Part shown: piece by piece, positions 47,786 to 56,501 of the stretch
Layout: every line of letters begins with the position of its first letter
Position numbering within the stretch: the first letter of the stretch is position 1
Origin: an uncultured Methylobacillus sp.
Lineage (GTDB): Bacteria; Pseudomonadota; Gammaproteobacteria; Burkholderiales; Methylophilaceae
Reading direction: 5' to 3'
Length of the DNA: 64,000 nucleotides
NCBI GenBank assembly: GCA_903824575.1
Contig: CAIJXJ010000164.1
Coordinates: 303-64,302, forward strand
Translations under genes and position numbers: made by a program
The notes under the pieces: model-generated
Databases searched by the model: none
What the model was told of the DNA's origin: nothing
Seen by the model: the letters and a program-made list of their open reading frames with translations, nothing else

Positions 47786-49064
47786 GATCAGTCACTTCTC
47801 TTCCTTTAACAATCCAGCTCAGGCTCATCAACAATCCAACACAATTGATTGCCAGCCAACCGAAAGCTGCGCCATACAATTGATATTTATCAATGAGGCT
47901 TGGCAACAAAATAATTGACAATGTAAATGCTATTGCGTTGACCAATAATACTTTATTTGATGCACCGGTTGCTATCCAATTCACATAACCGATACTGTAG
48001 ATTGCATTCATCCCGGTTCCAACCAATAACAATGACAGCACAGGAAAAACCACCGAAACCACTTTTACATCCCTGAGCCATAGCGTTAACAGAAATTTTC
48101 CAAAAATTACAAAACACAATGCGCCGACACATACCAGGACGAGCATGACACCCAGCAATTTAAAATTCAACATTCTTAAAGCGCGGACCCGATGTTGCAA
48201 CTGAACTACTCTTGGCAACACGGCAGTGGTGATGGGTGTGAAGACTTGCAGTAAACCGATAGATACCGTAGATGCGATGGTGTAATAACCTAACTGCTCA
48301 ATCGGCAACGACCAACTCAATACAATTTTATCAATCTGCAAGGTTAGGATACCCATGAAAACACTTGCCGTTAGTCCTATGGTCAGCGCGAATATTTTTC
48401 GCATCTCCGCCAGATCCCACTGCAACTCGGATCGGTTCACATGTAAATGACGCCAACTTATTTTTGCCGTTACCAAGGTCTCAATGAAAGCGGCCAAGAT
48501 ATTCCAGGCCAGATAAGTGACAACAGAACCATGAATGCAAAGGACTGCAACGCCACCCGCATGACGAAAAACGGTAGCCATGGCGGCAACCATGTTTTGC
48601 TGAACTTGATGCCCACATCCAAATAAAACCGTGCGATAGATGGATGCTGGAAACTGCACGGTAAAAATGATTGCGGCTGCGTAAATGACCTGCTTCCCGG
48701 TCTCGACGGGGATATTTCCCAGCTTGAGCCAGCCGTTTACAATCACGCCAGCAAAACAGGCAACCAGAATTCCAGTCGCAATCGAAAAGCCCCAGTAAAT
48801 TCGCTCGAAGCCAAAAAGTATTGCGGCAATTCTCTTTGTTCCATCCTCCGCAGACGAAAATAGACTTGATATCTCACGAATGAGCGCCTGCGCCAGACCG
48901 GCATTAACCAGACCTAATATTGCTTGGAGAATCCAGACAAAACTGACCAAGCCCCAAAGTTTGGCTCCCAACAATGAAATATACCAAGGTAACGCCAATA
49001 TGGGTGCTATCGCGGATACACCTGTCCCAAAGTAGTTTGCTAAGACATCTTTTCGAATCGTCAT
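47778..49064 (-). CDS. wzx: oligosaccharide flippase, Wzx-like (polysaccharide biosynthesis protein, MOP superfamily)
   Basis: 428 aa with about 12 predicted TMs. Low GC. Located in a glycan cluster. Confidence 0.65.
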   Translation of the reverse strand: MTIRKDVLANYFGTGVSAIAPILALPWYISLLGAKLWGLVSFVWILQAILGLVNAGLAQALIREISSLFSSAEDGTKRIAAILFGFERIYWGFSIATGILVACFAGVIVNGWLKLGNIPVETGKQVIYAAAIIFTVQFPASIYRTVLFGCGHQVQQNMVAAMATVFRHAGGVAVLCIHGSVVTYLAWNILAAFIETLVTAKISWRHLHVNRSELQWDLAEMRKIFALTIGLTASVFMGILTLQIDKIVLSWSLPIEQLGYYTIASTVSIGLLQVFTPITTAVLPRVVQLQHRVRALRMLNFKLLGVMLVLVCVGALCFVIFGKFLLTLWLRDVKVVSVVFPVLSLLLVGTGMNAIYSIGYVNWIATGASNKVLLVNAIAFTLSIILLPSLIDKYQLYGAAFGWLAINCVGLLMSLSWIVKGREVTDRA

Positions 49065-49358
49065 CGAACGGGTCTTTAGAAAAAACGAACTCTGCAGGAC
49101 CGAATTACCTTTTCAACATCAGACCTCCGCCATGCGCACCCCGGGAAATTTATTTTTTGCTTCGAACTCAATGCATTTTCCATCTTGACCGGCCTTTCAT
49201 GTCCGATGGCACGCTAGTTATTTCCTCCAAGGCACGCAAAATCAAGACCCAACGATGGCGAGAATACAGATACTGAAACACCCATTCAAGGCAGAACTCA
49301 ATCAAACGGGATTTTGCATGCGAGTCATTAAAACCAGCACTGCCAATCACAAGCACCT

Positions 49359-50498
49359 TCACCAGCTTAATTCCGAGAGGAAGGAGGCGTAAGCCTTGCC
49401 AATCCCGATTTTAATCTCTGTATTGTCCCGCCAGCCCAGCGCATTTATTTTTGACACATCCATCACCTTGCGCATGGTGCCATCGGGCTGGGACGTGTCA
49501 AATGAGACTTCGCCTTGGTAGCCAACGACCTGTTTCACCAACTCCGCCAACTCCTTGATCGTGACGTCCGTCCCCACCCCGACGTTGACCACGGGCGGCA
49601 GGCCGTCGTTGCGGTCAGCCGCCAACAGTGGCTGAAACCGCGCATCCGGCAGTTTCATCAAAAAGACACAGGCATCTGCCATGTCTTCGTTATAGAGGAA
49701 TTCGCGCCGTGGCGTGCCGCTACCCCAGAGCAATACCGAGGACTGAGGGCTGACGACTGAGGACTGAGTAATGGGAGAGTCCGCTACAACACCGATCATG
49801 GTTTTGATATCGGCGGGAATTCTGCCATGAACGGCTTCATCATGCATGATGCCGGCCAAGTCTCCCTGTTGAGCCAGCTTGGCGAGATGAAACTTGCGGA
49901 TCATGGCCGGAATGACGTGACTGTTCTCAAGATGGTAATTGTCCCCTGGTCCATACAGATTAGTCGGCATGGCGGCCAGATATTGAGTACCGTATTGCCG
50001 GTTATAGCTCCAGCACATCTCGATGCCGGCGATCTTGGCCAGAGCGTAAGGCCGGTTGGTCGGCTCCAATGGGCCGGTCAACAGATATTCTTCCTTGATG
50101 GGCTGCGGGCAGTCGCGCGGATAGATGCAACTGGAACCCAGAAACAACAGGCGCCTGGCCTTATGCCGATAAGCCGAGTGAATGATATTGGTCTGGATCG
50201 CCAGGTTGTCACGGATGAAATCGGCAGGATAAGTATTGTTGGCGTGAATGCCGCCGACCCTGGCTGCCGCCAGAAATACATACTCCGGCTGCTCCTGTTG
50301 AAAAAACTGCTCAACCGCATGCTGATCCGTGAGATCAAGTTCGGCATGCGTGCGCGTGATGATGCCAGGGGCCCCGGGTGATGCCTGATGCTTTAGTCCG
50401 TCAGCCCGCAGTCGGCGCGTGATAGCGGAGCCGACGAGGCCACGGTGACCGGCGACATAGACTCGAGACTGGGGACTCAGGACGGTGGAATCAATCAT
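49359..50498 (-). CDS. fcl: GDP-L-fucose synthase
   Basis: VYVAGHRGLVGSAI, FLGSSCIYP, a YxxxK motif (PYALAKI) and LWGSGTPRREFLYNED. Start uncertain: ATG 50498, or GTG 50549 overlapping vapC. Carries heptamer-repeat insertions. Confidence 0.9.
   Translation of the reverse strand: MIDSTVLSPQSRVYVAGHRGLVGSAITRRLRADGLKHQASPGAPGIITRTHAELDLTDQHAVEQFFQQEQPEYVFLAAARVGGIHANNTYPADFIRDNLAIQTNIIHSAYRHKARRLLFLGSSCIYPRDCPQPIKEEYLLTGPLEPTNRPYALAKIAGIEMCWSYNRQYGTQYLAAMPTNLYGPGDNYHLENSHVIPAMIRKFHLAKLAQQGDLAGIMHDEAVHGRIPADIKTMIGVVADSPITQSSVVSPQSSVLLWGSGTPRREFLYNEDMADACVFLMKLPDARFQPLLAADRNDGLPPVVNVGVGTDVTIKELAELVKQVVGYQGEVSFDTSQPDGTMRKVMDVSKINALGWRDNTEIKIGIGKAYASFLSELSW
49738..49768 (-). repeat. heptamer array (coding-strand CAGTCCT-like, ~4.5 units) inside fcl
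   Basis: Plus strand gaggact gagggct gacgact gaggact gagta. Encodes TQSSVVSPQSSVL. Confidence 0.85.
50464..50484 (-). repeat. degenerate heptamer array (3 units) at the 5' end of fcl
   Basis: Plus strand cgagact ggggact caggacg. Encodes TVLSPQSR. Confidence 0.6.
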
Positions 50499-50533
50499 TT
50501 TTTTTGAGGGAAATTCAGCTGCGACATTTTGTC

Positions 50534-50968
50534 TTAGACATCCAGACACACAAGTTGCTCTGGAGAAGCGTCCCTGACGGCATCAATAGTTATACGCCGA
50601 TCGAATGTGACAAATCTACCACCATTGCGTACGGAAAGCGTCAATAAATAGAGATCGGTAATCTGACGAGGCCCCAGAACGCGCGACAAATCGAATAGTT
50701 CCAGATTCAACAAACTCACACTATCGGCCCAAAACTCGTGCTCTGGCGATGCCGCAGCTTCTGCCAGCCGTTCCGCTACCTGCGCAGCCGGAAGCGCAGC
50801 CGGATAGTTTGGCTGAGACATGATACGTATGCATCCATTCTGGGTGATCGGACAAGAGGCCCAACCTGACAGCAAGTTTTTCTCAATCCATTCCATCGCG
50901 GCCATGTGGTGTACGTGCCCGATATCCATCAACGCAATCAGCACATTGACATCCAGCAAGGCACGCAT
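50534..50968 (-). CDS. vapC: type II toxin VapC (PIN domain)
   Basis: MRALLDVNVLIALMDIGHVHH ... ITDLYLLTLSVRNGGRFVTFD is the PIN pattern with conserved Asp residues. ATGA overlap with the antitoxin. Confidence 0.8.
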   Translation of the reverse strand: MRALLDVNVLIALMDIGHVHHMAAMEWIEKNLLSGWASCPITQNGCIRIMSQPNYPAALPAAQVAERLAEAAASPEHEFWADSVSLLNLELFDLSRVLGPRQITDLYLLTLSVRNGGRFVTFDRRITIDAVRDASPEQLVCLDV

Positions 50969-51216
50969 CAGACGCCTTCTCGATCTCGCAGATCATTGAT
51001 CATGTCATTGGTCACCACAACGCCGCGCAAAGGAAATGGACGAAAACCTGCCACATTTCCAACTTCAGGTTGAACCTTGGTGACCGCTGGACGATAGCCA
51101 GATAACGCCTCTCTCATCAAGCGCGAAATGACTTGCCCTGCAGAAACATGTTGCATGCGAGCCAGTTCTTTAGCCGCAGCGAGAACATCATCTTCTATAT
51201 CAACAGTAGTCCGCAT
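50968..51216 (-). CDS. vapB: type II antitoxin VapB (DUF2191 / RHH-like)
   Basis: MRTTVDIEDDVLAAAKELARMQHVSAGQVISRLMREAL is a typical antitoxin N-terminus for this PIN subfamily. Confidence 0.75.
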   Translation of the reverse strand: MRTTVDIEDDVLAAAKELARMQHVSAGQVISRLMREALSGYRPAVTKVQPEVGNVAGFRPFPLRGVVVTNDMINDLRDREGV

Positions 51217-51234
51217 TTAATCTCGATCCTGACA

Positions 51235-51274
51235 ACGTCATCATCTTGATGTTATTGCATCAAGATGATGACGT
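51235..51274. promoter_or_regulatory. perfect 17-bp inverted repeat with 6-nt spacer, candidate VapB operator
   Basis: ACGTCATCATCTTGATG ttattg CATCAAGATGATGACGT, 19 nt upstream of the vapB start codon. No T-run follows it in the gmd direction, so it is unlikely to be a simple terminator. Confidence 0.5.
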
Positions 51275-51396
51275 CAAATCAAAACCATACACGGTCACAA
51301 CAATTTCCCTACCGTCGACGCCACATCATGAATGGGCAGGCGCATGAAATTTGGCGCACTGAGCAGAACGCATCGCTTCATCTTCGATCTTCTCAA

Positions 51397-52578
51397 TTAC
51401 TCGTGATAGTCGTAAGCCGAGTAACCGTGCTTCTTGACCAGTTCGTCACGCTCGGCGCTCTTCAGATCTTCGCGTACCATCTCGGCGACCAACTCATGAA
51501 ACGTAGTCTTGGGAGTCCAGCCAAGTTTTTCACGGGCCTTGGTTGGGTCACCCAGCAGGGTTTCGACTTCGGTCGGACGGAAATAGGCCGGATCAACGCG
51601 GACAATTGCACGAGAAGAGCCAGGACTGAGGACTGAGGACTCAGGACTGCCGGCAGAAGATTCAGAAACAAGGAAACCAATCTCATCGACGCCGGTACCT
51701 TGCCAACGGATTTGCATGCCGAGTTCGCGAGCTGCCGCATTGACGAAGTCACGCACGCTGTATTGCACGCCGGTGGCAATGACGAAGTCCTCAGGAACAC
51801 CCTGCTGCAACATCAGCCATTGCATCTCGACGTAATCACGGGCATGACCCCAATCACGCAAGGAATCCATGTTGCCAAGGTAAAGACAATCCTGCAGGCC
51901 GAGTTTGATGCGGGCCAGGGCGCGGGTGATCTTGCGGGTAACGAAGGTTTCGCCGCGAATGGGTGACTCATGATTGAACAGGATGCCGTTACAGGCATAA
52001 ATGCCGTAGGCTTCGCGGTAATTGACGGTGATCCAGTAAGCATACATCTTGGCGACGGCATAGGGGCTGCGCGGGTAGAATGGGGTGGTTTCCTTCTGTG
52101 GAATTTCCTGCACCAGACCATAAAGCTCTGAGGTGCTGGCCTGATAAAATTTTGTTTTCTTCTCCAGCCCAAGGATGCGGATAGCCTCTAATATCCGCAA
52201 GGTACCGATGCCATCGGCGTTCGCCGTATATTCCGGCGTATCAAAACTGACCGCCACATGGCTCATGGCCGCAAGATTATAGATCTCATCCGGCTGCACC
52301 TGCTGGATGATACGGATCAAATTGGTGGAATCGGTGAGATCGCCGTAATGCAGCACCAAATTACGATTAGAGACGTGCGGATCCTGGTACAGATGATCAA
52401 TGCGATCGGTATTGAACAGCGAAGACCGGCGCTTGATGCCGTGCACGACATAGCCCTTCTTCAGTAAAAATTCCGCCAGATAAGCGCCATCCTGGCCAGT
52501 AATGCCGGTAATCAAAGCCACTTTAGAAGCAGGACTGAGGACTGTGTTCTGAGGACTGGCGGATGATGCGATGGTCAT
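51397..52578 (-). CDS. gmd: GDP-mannose 4,6-dehydratase
   Basis: [32 protein letters not shown] and [21 protein letters not shown]. Start uncertain: ATG 52578, GTG 52611, or the GTG just before VALITG. Carries two heptamer-repeat blocks. Confidence 0.9.
   Translation of the reverse strand: MTIASSASPQNTVLSPASKVALITGITGQDGAYLAEFLLKKGYVVHGIKRRSSLFNTDRIDHLYQDPHVSNRNLVLHYGDLTDSTNLIRIIQQVQPDEIYNLAAMSHVAVSFDTPEYTANADGIGTLRILEAIRILGLEKKTKFYQASTSELYGLVQEIPQKETTPFYPRSPYAVAKMYAYWITVNYREAYGIYACNGILFNHESPIRGETFVTRKITRALARIKLGLQDCLYLGNMDSLRDWGHARDYVEMQWLMLQQGVPEDFVIATGVQYSVRDFVNAAARELGMQIRWQGTGVDEIGFLVSESSAGSPESSVLSPGSSRAIVRVDPAYFRPTEVETLLGDPTKAREKLGWTPKTTFHELVAEMVREDLKSAERDELVKKHGYSAYDYHE
51622..51649 (-). 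repeat. heptamer array (AGGACTG x4 on plus strand = CAGTCCT on coding strand) inside gmd
   Basis: aggactg aggactg aggactc aggactg. Encodes SPESSVLSP. Confidence 0.9.
52531..52558 (-). repeat. heptamer array at the 5' end of gmd
   Basis: aggactg aggactg tgttctg aggactg. If translated it encodes SPQNTVLSP. Confidence 0.85.
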
Positions 52579-52642
52579 GGTTTGTTGTCTCGCTGTTTTA
52601 GACGATGGCACGAAGGCCGAAAATTTAAGTTGTAGACACTGT

Positions 52643-53371
52643 TCAATTTGACACTTTATCTGTCTGCGCTTCTATTTGATCAAGAAGTTGCTCGAAGGCT
52701 GTCAGAAAGCGTTCAAGCTGTGTCAACAGGGGTGAGATTTCATGCTCGTCATAAATGTGAGACGAGAGGTTGCGCATTTCTATCATGTCCAACCAGACTT
52801 GTTCGTCCGTGATCAATCCATGCGCATAGGCTTCCTTGAATATTGCGCGTGGGGTGCGCGCATCGATGCCTAAAAAATCAAGCAGCCGCTTCAGCGCCTT
52901 CCATGCCATCTCATAAGTAAATTCAAATCTTTTGGCGGCGACATCCAGGACGATATCGCCGTTACCTTCTTCGATCCACCTTGGGCGCTCTGAAATGACG
53001 AGCCGGAATCGATCGAGCGCCCGACGATAGTACAGCAAGCCGTCTTGAACCCGGAGTTCCTTTGAGGCACTGTAGATTACAAGGCCGGTATCCCGCACCC
53101 GGTTGGCAAAGCGACGATCCGCATTGGCAATATTGGCGACATCTATTTTTGCGAGGGTTGGCAGTTCGTCCAACTCCGCACGAATGAGGTCAATGTCGCC
53201 AGGCCGGCACCCCGGCGCATCAAACGCAAAATCGTAATCACTCTCAGGCCTTGCATCTCCCGTCACCCTGGAGCCGAACAGATAAATGCGCGCTGGCTGA
53301 AGATGTTTGAGAATAATGGTGCGAACGGCATCCACAATGCCGGGATCATAGGTATGCAGTTGTTCTGTCAT
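52643..53371 (-). CDS. single-chain fusion of a minimal nucleotidyltransferase (MNT) domain and an HI0074-type HEPN (NTase substrate-binding) domain
   Basis: N-terminus [20 protein letters not shown] is the GSx10DxD NTase motif. C-terminus [18 protein letters not shown] plus MRNLSSH is the HEPN Rx4-6H motif. 242 aa from ATG 53371. Confidence 0.7.
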   Translation of the reverse strand: MTEQLHTYDPGIVDAVRTIILKHLQPARIYLFGSRVTGDARPESDYDFAFDAPGCRPGDIDLIRAELDELPTLAKIDVANIANADRRFANRVRDTGLVIYSASKELRVQDGLLYYRRALDRFRLVISERPRWIEEGNGDIVLDVAAKRFEFTYEMAWKALKRLLDFLGIDARTPRAIFKEAYAHGLITDEQVWLDMIEMRNLSSHIYDEHEISPLLTQLERFLTAFEQLLDQIEAQTDKVSN

Positions 53372-53388
53372 GGCTGGGCATCCTATCA

Positions 53389-54390
53389 CTAATAATAGTC
53401 GAGATACCAGTCTATGAATCGTGCCACACCATCCTTCACCTCGGTATTCGGCTTGAAGCCAACCCAAGCATCCAGTGCGGAGGTGTCCGCGTAGGTCGCC
53501 GGAACATCTCCCGGTTGCATGGGCAGGAAATTCTTCAATGCCGTCTTTCCCAGTGCTGTTTCCAGCGCCTCGATAAAAACCATCAACTGGATCGGCTGAT
53601 TATTACCAATATTGAATACGCGCCAGGGTGCCTGACTGCTGCCCGCATCGGGTCGGGCCGCATCATAGGCCGGATTCGCGGTCGCCGGCTGGTCCAATAC
53701 GCGCACCACGCCTTCAGCGATATCATCGATATAGGTGAAGTCCCGCATCATCTTGCCCTGGTTGTAGACATCGATGGGCTTCCCCGCCAATATGGCACGG
53801 GCGAACAGCATCGGCGCCATGTCGGGACGTCCCCATGGCCCGTAAACAGTGAAGAAGCGCAAGCCAGTTGCCGGCAGTCCATACAGATGGCTATAACTGT
53901 GCGCCATCAATTCATTGGATTTTTTTGTCGCGGCATACAGGCTGACAGGATGGTCGACGTTATCCTGTTCTGAGAACGGCAATTTGGTATTGCCTCCATA
54001 AACGCTGGAACTCGAGGCGTAAACCAGATGCTCAATGCTGCCATGCCGGCAACCTTCCAACACATTGGCAAAACCAAGCAAATTAGACTGAATATAGGCA
54101 TGCGGATTGAGCAAGGAATAACGCACGCCAGCCTGGGCCGCCAGATGGATCACGCGGTCAAAACTTTCGGTTGAAAATAGCGTTGCCATGGCAGGCGCAT
54201 CGGCCACATCCATCGGCACAAATCTGAAATTGGGGTGAGAAGTGAGTTGGGCCAAACGCGCGGCCTTGAGATTGACATCATAATAATCGTTGAGATTATC
54301 GATACCCACCACCTCATCGCCACGCGCCAGAAGAGGCAATGCAACATGCATGCCGATAAAACCGGCAACACCGGTAAGCAAAATTTTCAT
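53389..54390 (-). CDS. NAD-dependent epimerase, UDP-glucuronate 4-epimerase-like (CapI/WbnF type)
   Basis: [16 protein letters not shown]...[18 protein letters not shown] and a YxxxK motif (YAATKKS). Confidence 0.7.
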   Translation of the reverse strand: MKILLTGVAGFIGMHVALPLLARGDEVVGIDNLNDYYDVNLKAARLAQLTSHPNFRFVPMDVADAPAMATLFSTESFDRVIHLAAQAGVRYSLLNPHAYIQSNLLGFANVLEGCRHGSIEHLVYASSSSVYGGNTKLPFSEQDNVDHPVSLYAATKKSNELMAHSYSHLYGLPATGLRFFTVYGPWGRPDMAPMLFARAILAGKPIDVYNQGKMMRDFTYIDDIAEGVVRVLDQPATANPAYDAARPDAGSSQAPWRVFNIGNNQPIQLMVFIEALETALGKTALKNFLPMQPGDVPATYADTSALDAWVGFKPNTEVKDGVARFIDWYLDYY

Positions 54391-54411
54391 AGCCATAGAA
54401 TACAATGCCCG

Positions 54412-54862
54412 CTAGTAGCGCACCAGATCGACATGAATAACAAGATCAGTGTACGGATTCAGAACAGCATCAGTCGTGAGCAGATAAGCCGGCAGCGCCT
54501 GCGCTGTGCCACCAGAACTCGATCAAATGGGTCACGATGCAACCATGGCAGGCGTGCTACGCCAAAGATTTGATCAGATTGATCGGCAATTCAGTAAAGC
54601 CTGTATCCATCGCCAGACGAAATATGTTTTCCGGATGAAAATCAAAACTCTTTCGATTCAATGAACGCTTGATGCCGATTTCCCATATGCTGGCCGCACT
54701 GAAAAATACGACATTAGCTGCGTCACTGAGCCAACCTTGGATTTCAGGCGGCAATCTTTCAGGGGCAATGATTGCCGTCAATAAAATGTTGGTGTCCAAC
54801 AGGAAAGTGCGCTGCGACAATTCAATCGCCCCGCTCAAACATACCTTTAATTTCGACGGCAT
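54412..54862 (-). pseudogene. decayed PIN-domain VapC toxin (two frameshifts)
   Basis: The N-terminal ORF (FLLDTNILL, SAASIWEIGIK) stops at TAG 54557-54559. LPWLHRDPFDRVLVAQ continues in another frame and QALPAYLLTTDAVLNPY...* in a third, ending at TAG 54412-54414. Confidence 0.6.
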
Positions 54863-55063
54863 TCATATGATCAAACGCCTCTGGCAATGTGAATTCGCCC
54901 CGACCCAGCCCGAGCTTGCGTGGAGTCCCAGAGGCATTCTGCAACGACGTCAAGCGCGCCATCGGTTCCCTGCGCGAGCAATCACGATGTCCTCGCCTGC
55001 CGCAGCCTGATCGACAAAGCGGGAGAGCTGAGTCTTGGCCTCATGAATATTAATGGTTTGCAT
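54822..55063 (-). pseudogene. decayed Phd/YefM-like antitoxin (one frameshift)
   Basis: MQTINIHEAKTQLSRFVDQAAAGEDIVIARAGN then a premature TGA. PMARLTSLQNASGTPRKLGLGRGEFTLPEAFDHMNAVEIKGMFERGD continues in another frame. This looks like a 1-nt loss in GGGAA(A)CCG near 54964-54968. Confidence 0.55.
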
Positions 55064-55122
55064 GAAAACTCCCTGATGAACTGGACTCAGTTTAGTCCAT
55101 CAGAAAAGAGTAATCAACCCGA

Positions 55123-56430
55123 TCACGGCATGACTGCGCGAACCACCCTTGCCGCCGGGAACACCGCACTGAACACGCTGCCATGACCGTACTCGCTCGT
55201 GACTTCCAGCCTGCCATGATGTCGGGTCAGGATGTGCTTGACAATGGACAGGCCCAGACCCGTGCCTCCGGTGGCACGGGATCGGCTGCTATCCACGCGA
55301 TAAAAGCGCTCGGTCAGGCGACTCAAGTGCTGGGCTTCGATACCGATCCCGCTGTCGGTCACGCTGAACTGCGCATCTTGGCCACGCAACTGCCAGGTAA
55401 GGCGGATCTCGCCACCGTCGGGCGTGTAGCGGATGGCATTGGTCACCAGATTACCGAAGGCGCTGTGCAGTTCATCCGTGGCCCCACTCAGATGTAGTGA
55501 TTCATCCACTTCCAGAAACAGTTGGTGTCGCCCGCTACTGAAACTTTGCGCCTCAGTCAGGACTATGCGCAGCAGCGCAGGCACGTCGATATCGACCTCC
55601 TGTGGCACGGTTTGACTGCTCTCCAATCGCGACAGAGTCAACAAATCTTCCACCAGACGACGCATGCGCCCAGTCTGCTCCTGCATCAGATGGAAATAAT
55701 GCCGGGTGGCGTCCGGCATTTCACTGTCCATGTCTTCCAGCGTTTCCAAAAAGCCGCCGACCACGGTCAGCGGCGTGCGCAACTCATGAGAAACATTGGC
55801 GATGAAGTCGCGGCGCATGATTTCAATATTTTCCAGCGGGGTGATGTCGCGGCTTAACAGCAGCTTCTGATTGTCGCCGAACGGAACCAGTTGAATCTCC
55901 AGCGTGACATCAGCCTGGCGAGCAGACTTGAGCTTGATCGGCTCGCCATACTCATGCGCCTGCAGATAATCGCGGAATTCGATTCTCCGCACCAGGTAAC
56001 CGATGGGTTGTCCTGCATCCTGTGCCAGATCAAGTCCAAACTGCAATTCTGCCGTCGCATTGCACCATTCGATCTGATCGCTGTTATTGAGCAGCACCAC
56101 GCCGTCCGGCAAGGCGCCAGCGGCACGCTGGAAGCGCTCCAGCGCATCGGTCAATTGAGTCTGACTGCTGCGCTGACGACGCATCTCCTGATACAGTGCG
56201 GCGAAGATTTCTTCCCATACGCCGGATCCGGCCGGAATATCAGCAAGAATCGGTTTTTTCAACCAGCGCGCCAGCTTATCCAGCCAATAGAAGTGGCCGA
56301 TGAGATAGCCCGTGACTGCCAGTGCAAACAGGTCCAGTGTGACCCTCAGGCCAACAAGCGGCCATAGCAGCAGGCACACCAGCAGACAACCCATCAACAA
56401 CCACAAAACACGCCAGCGCAAATCTTGCAT
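55123..56430 (-). CDS. phoR: phosphate regulon sensor histidine kinase PhoR
   Basis: Two N-terminal TMs, a PAS region, the H-box SHELRTPLT, and N, G1 and G2 boxes (NAIRYT, DSGIGI, GGTGLGLSIV). Downstream of phoB. Confidence 0.9.
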   Translation of the reverse strand: MQDLRWRVLWLLMGCLLVCLLLWPLVGLRVTLDLFALAVTGYLIGHFYWLDKLARWLKKPILADIPAGSGVWEEIFAALYQEMRRQRSSQTQLTDALERFQRAAGALPDGVVLLNNSDQIEWCNATAELQFGLDLAQDAGQPIGYLVRRIEFRDYLQAHEYGEPIKLKSARQADVTLEIQLVPFGDNQKLLLSRDITPLENIEIMRRDFIANVSHELRTPLTVVGGFLETLEDMDSEMPDATRHYFHLMQEQTGRMRRLVEDLLTLSRLESSQTVPQEVDIDVPALLRIVLTEAQSFSSGRHQLFLEVDESLHLSGATDELHSAFGNLVTNAIRYTPDGGEIRLTWQLRGQDAQFSVTDSGIGIEAQHLSRLTERFYRVDSSRSRATGGTGLGLSIVKHILTRHHGRLEVTSEYGHGSVFSAVFPAARVVRAVMP

Positions 56431-56501
56431 AAAGCCTATTTCAAAAAGGAATACGAGTGCACATTAAAACGCGTTTTCTTTCGCAGTGAAAGTCGATCGT
56501 C

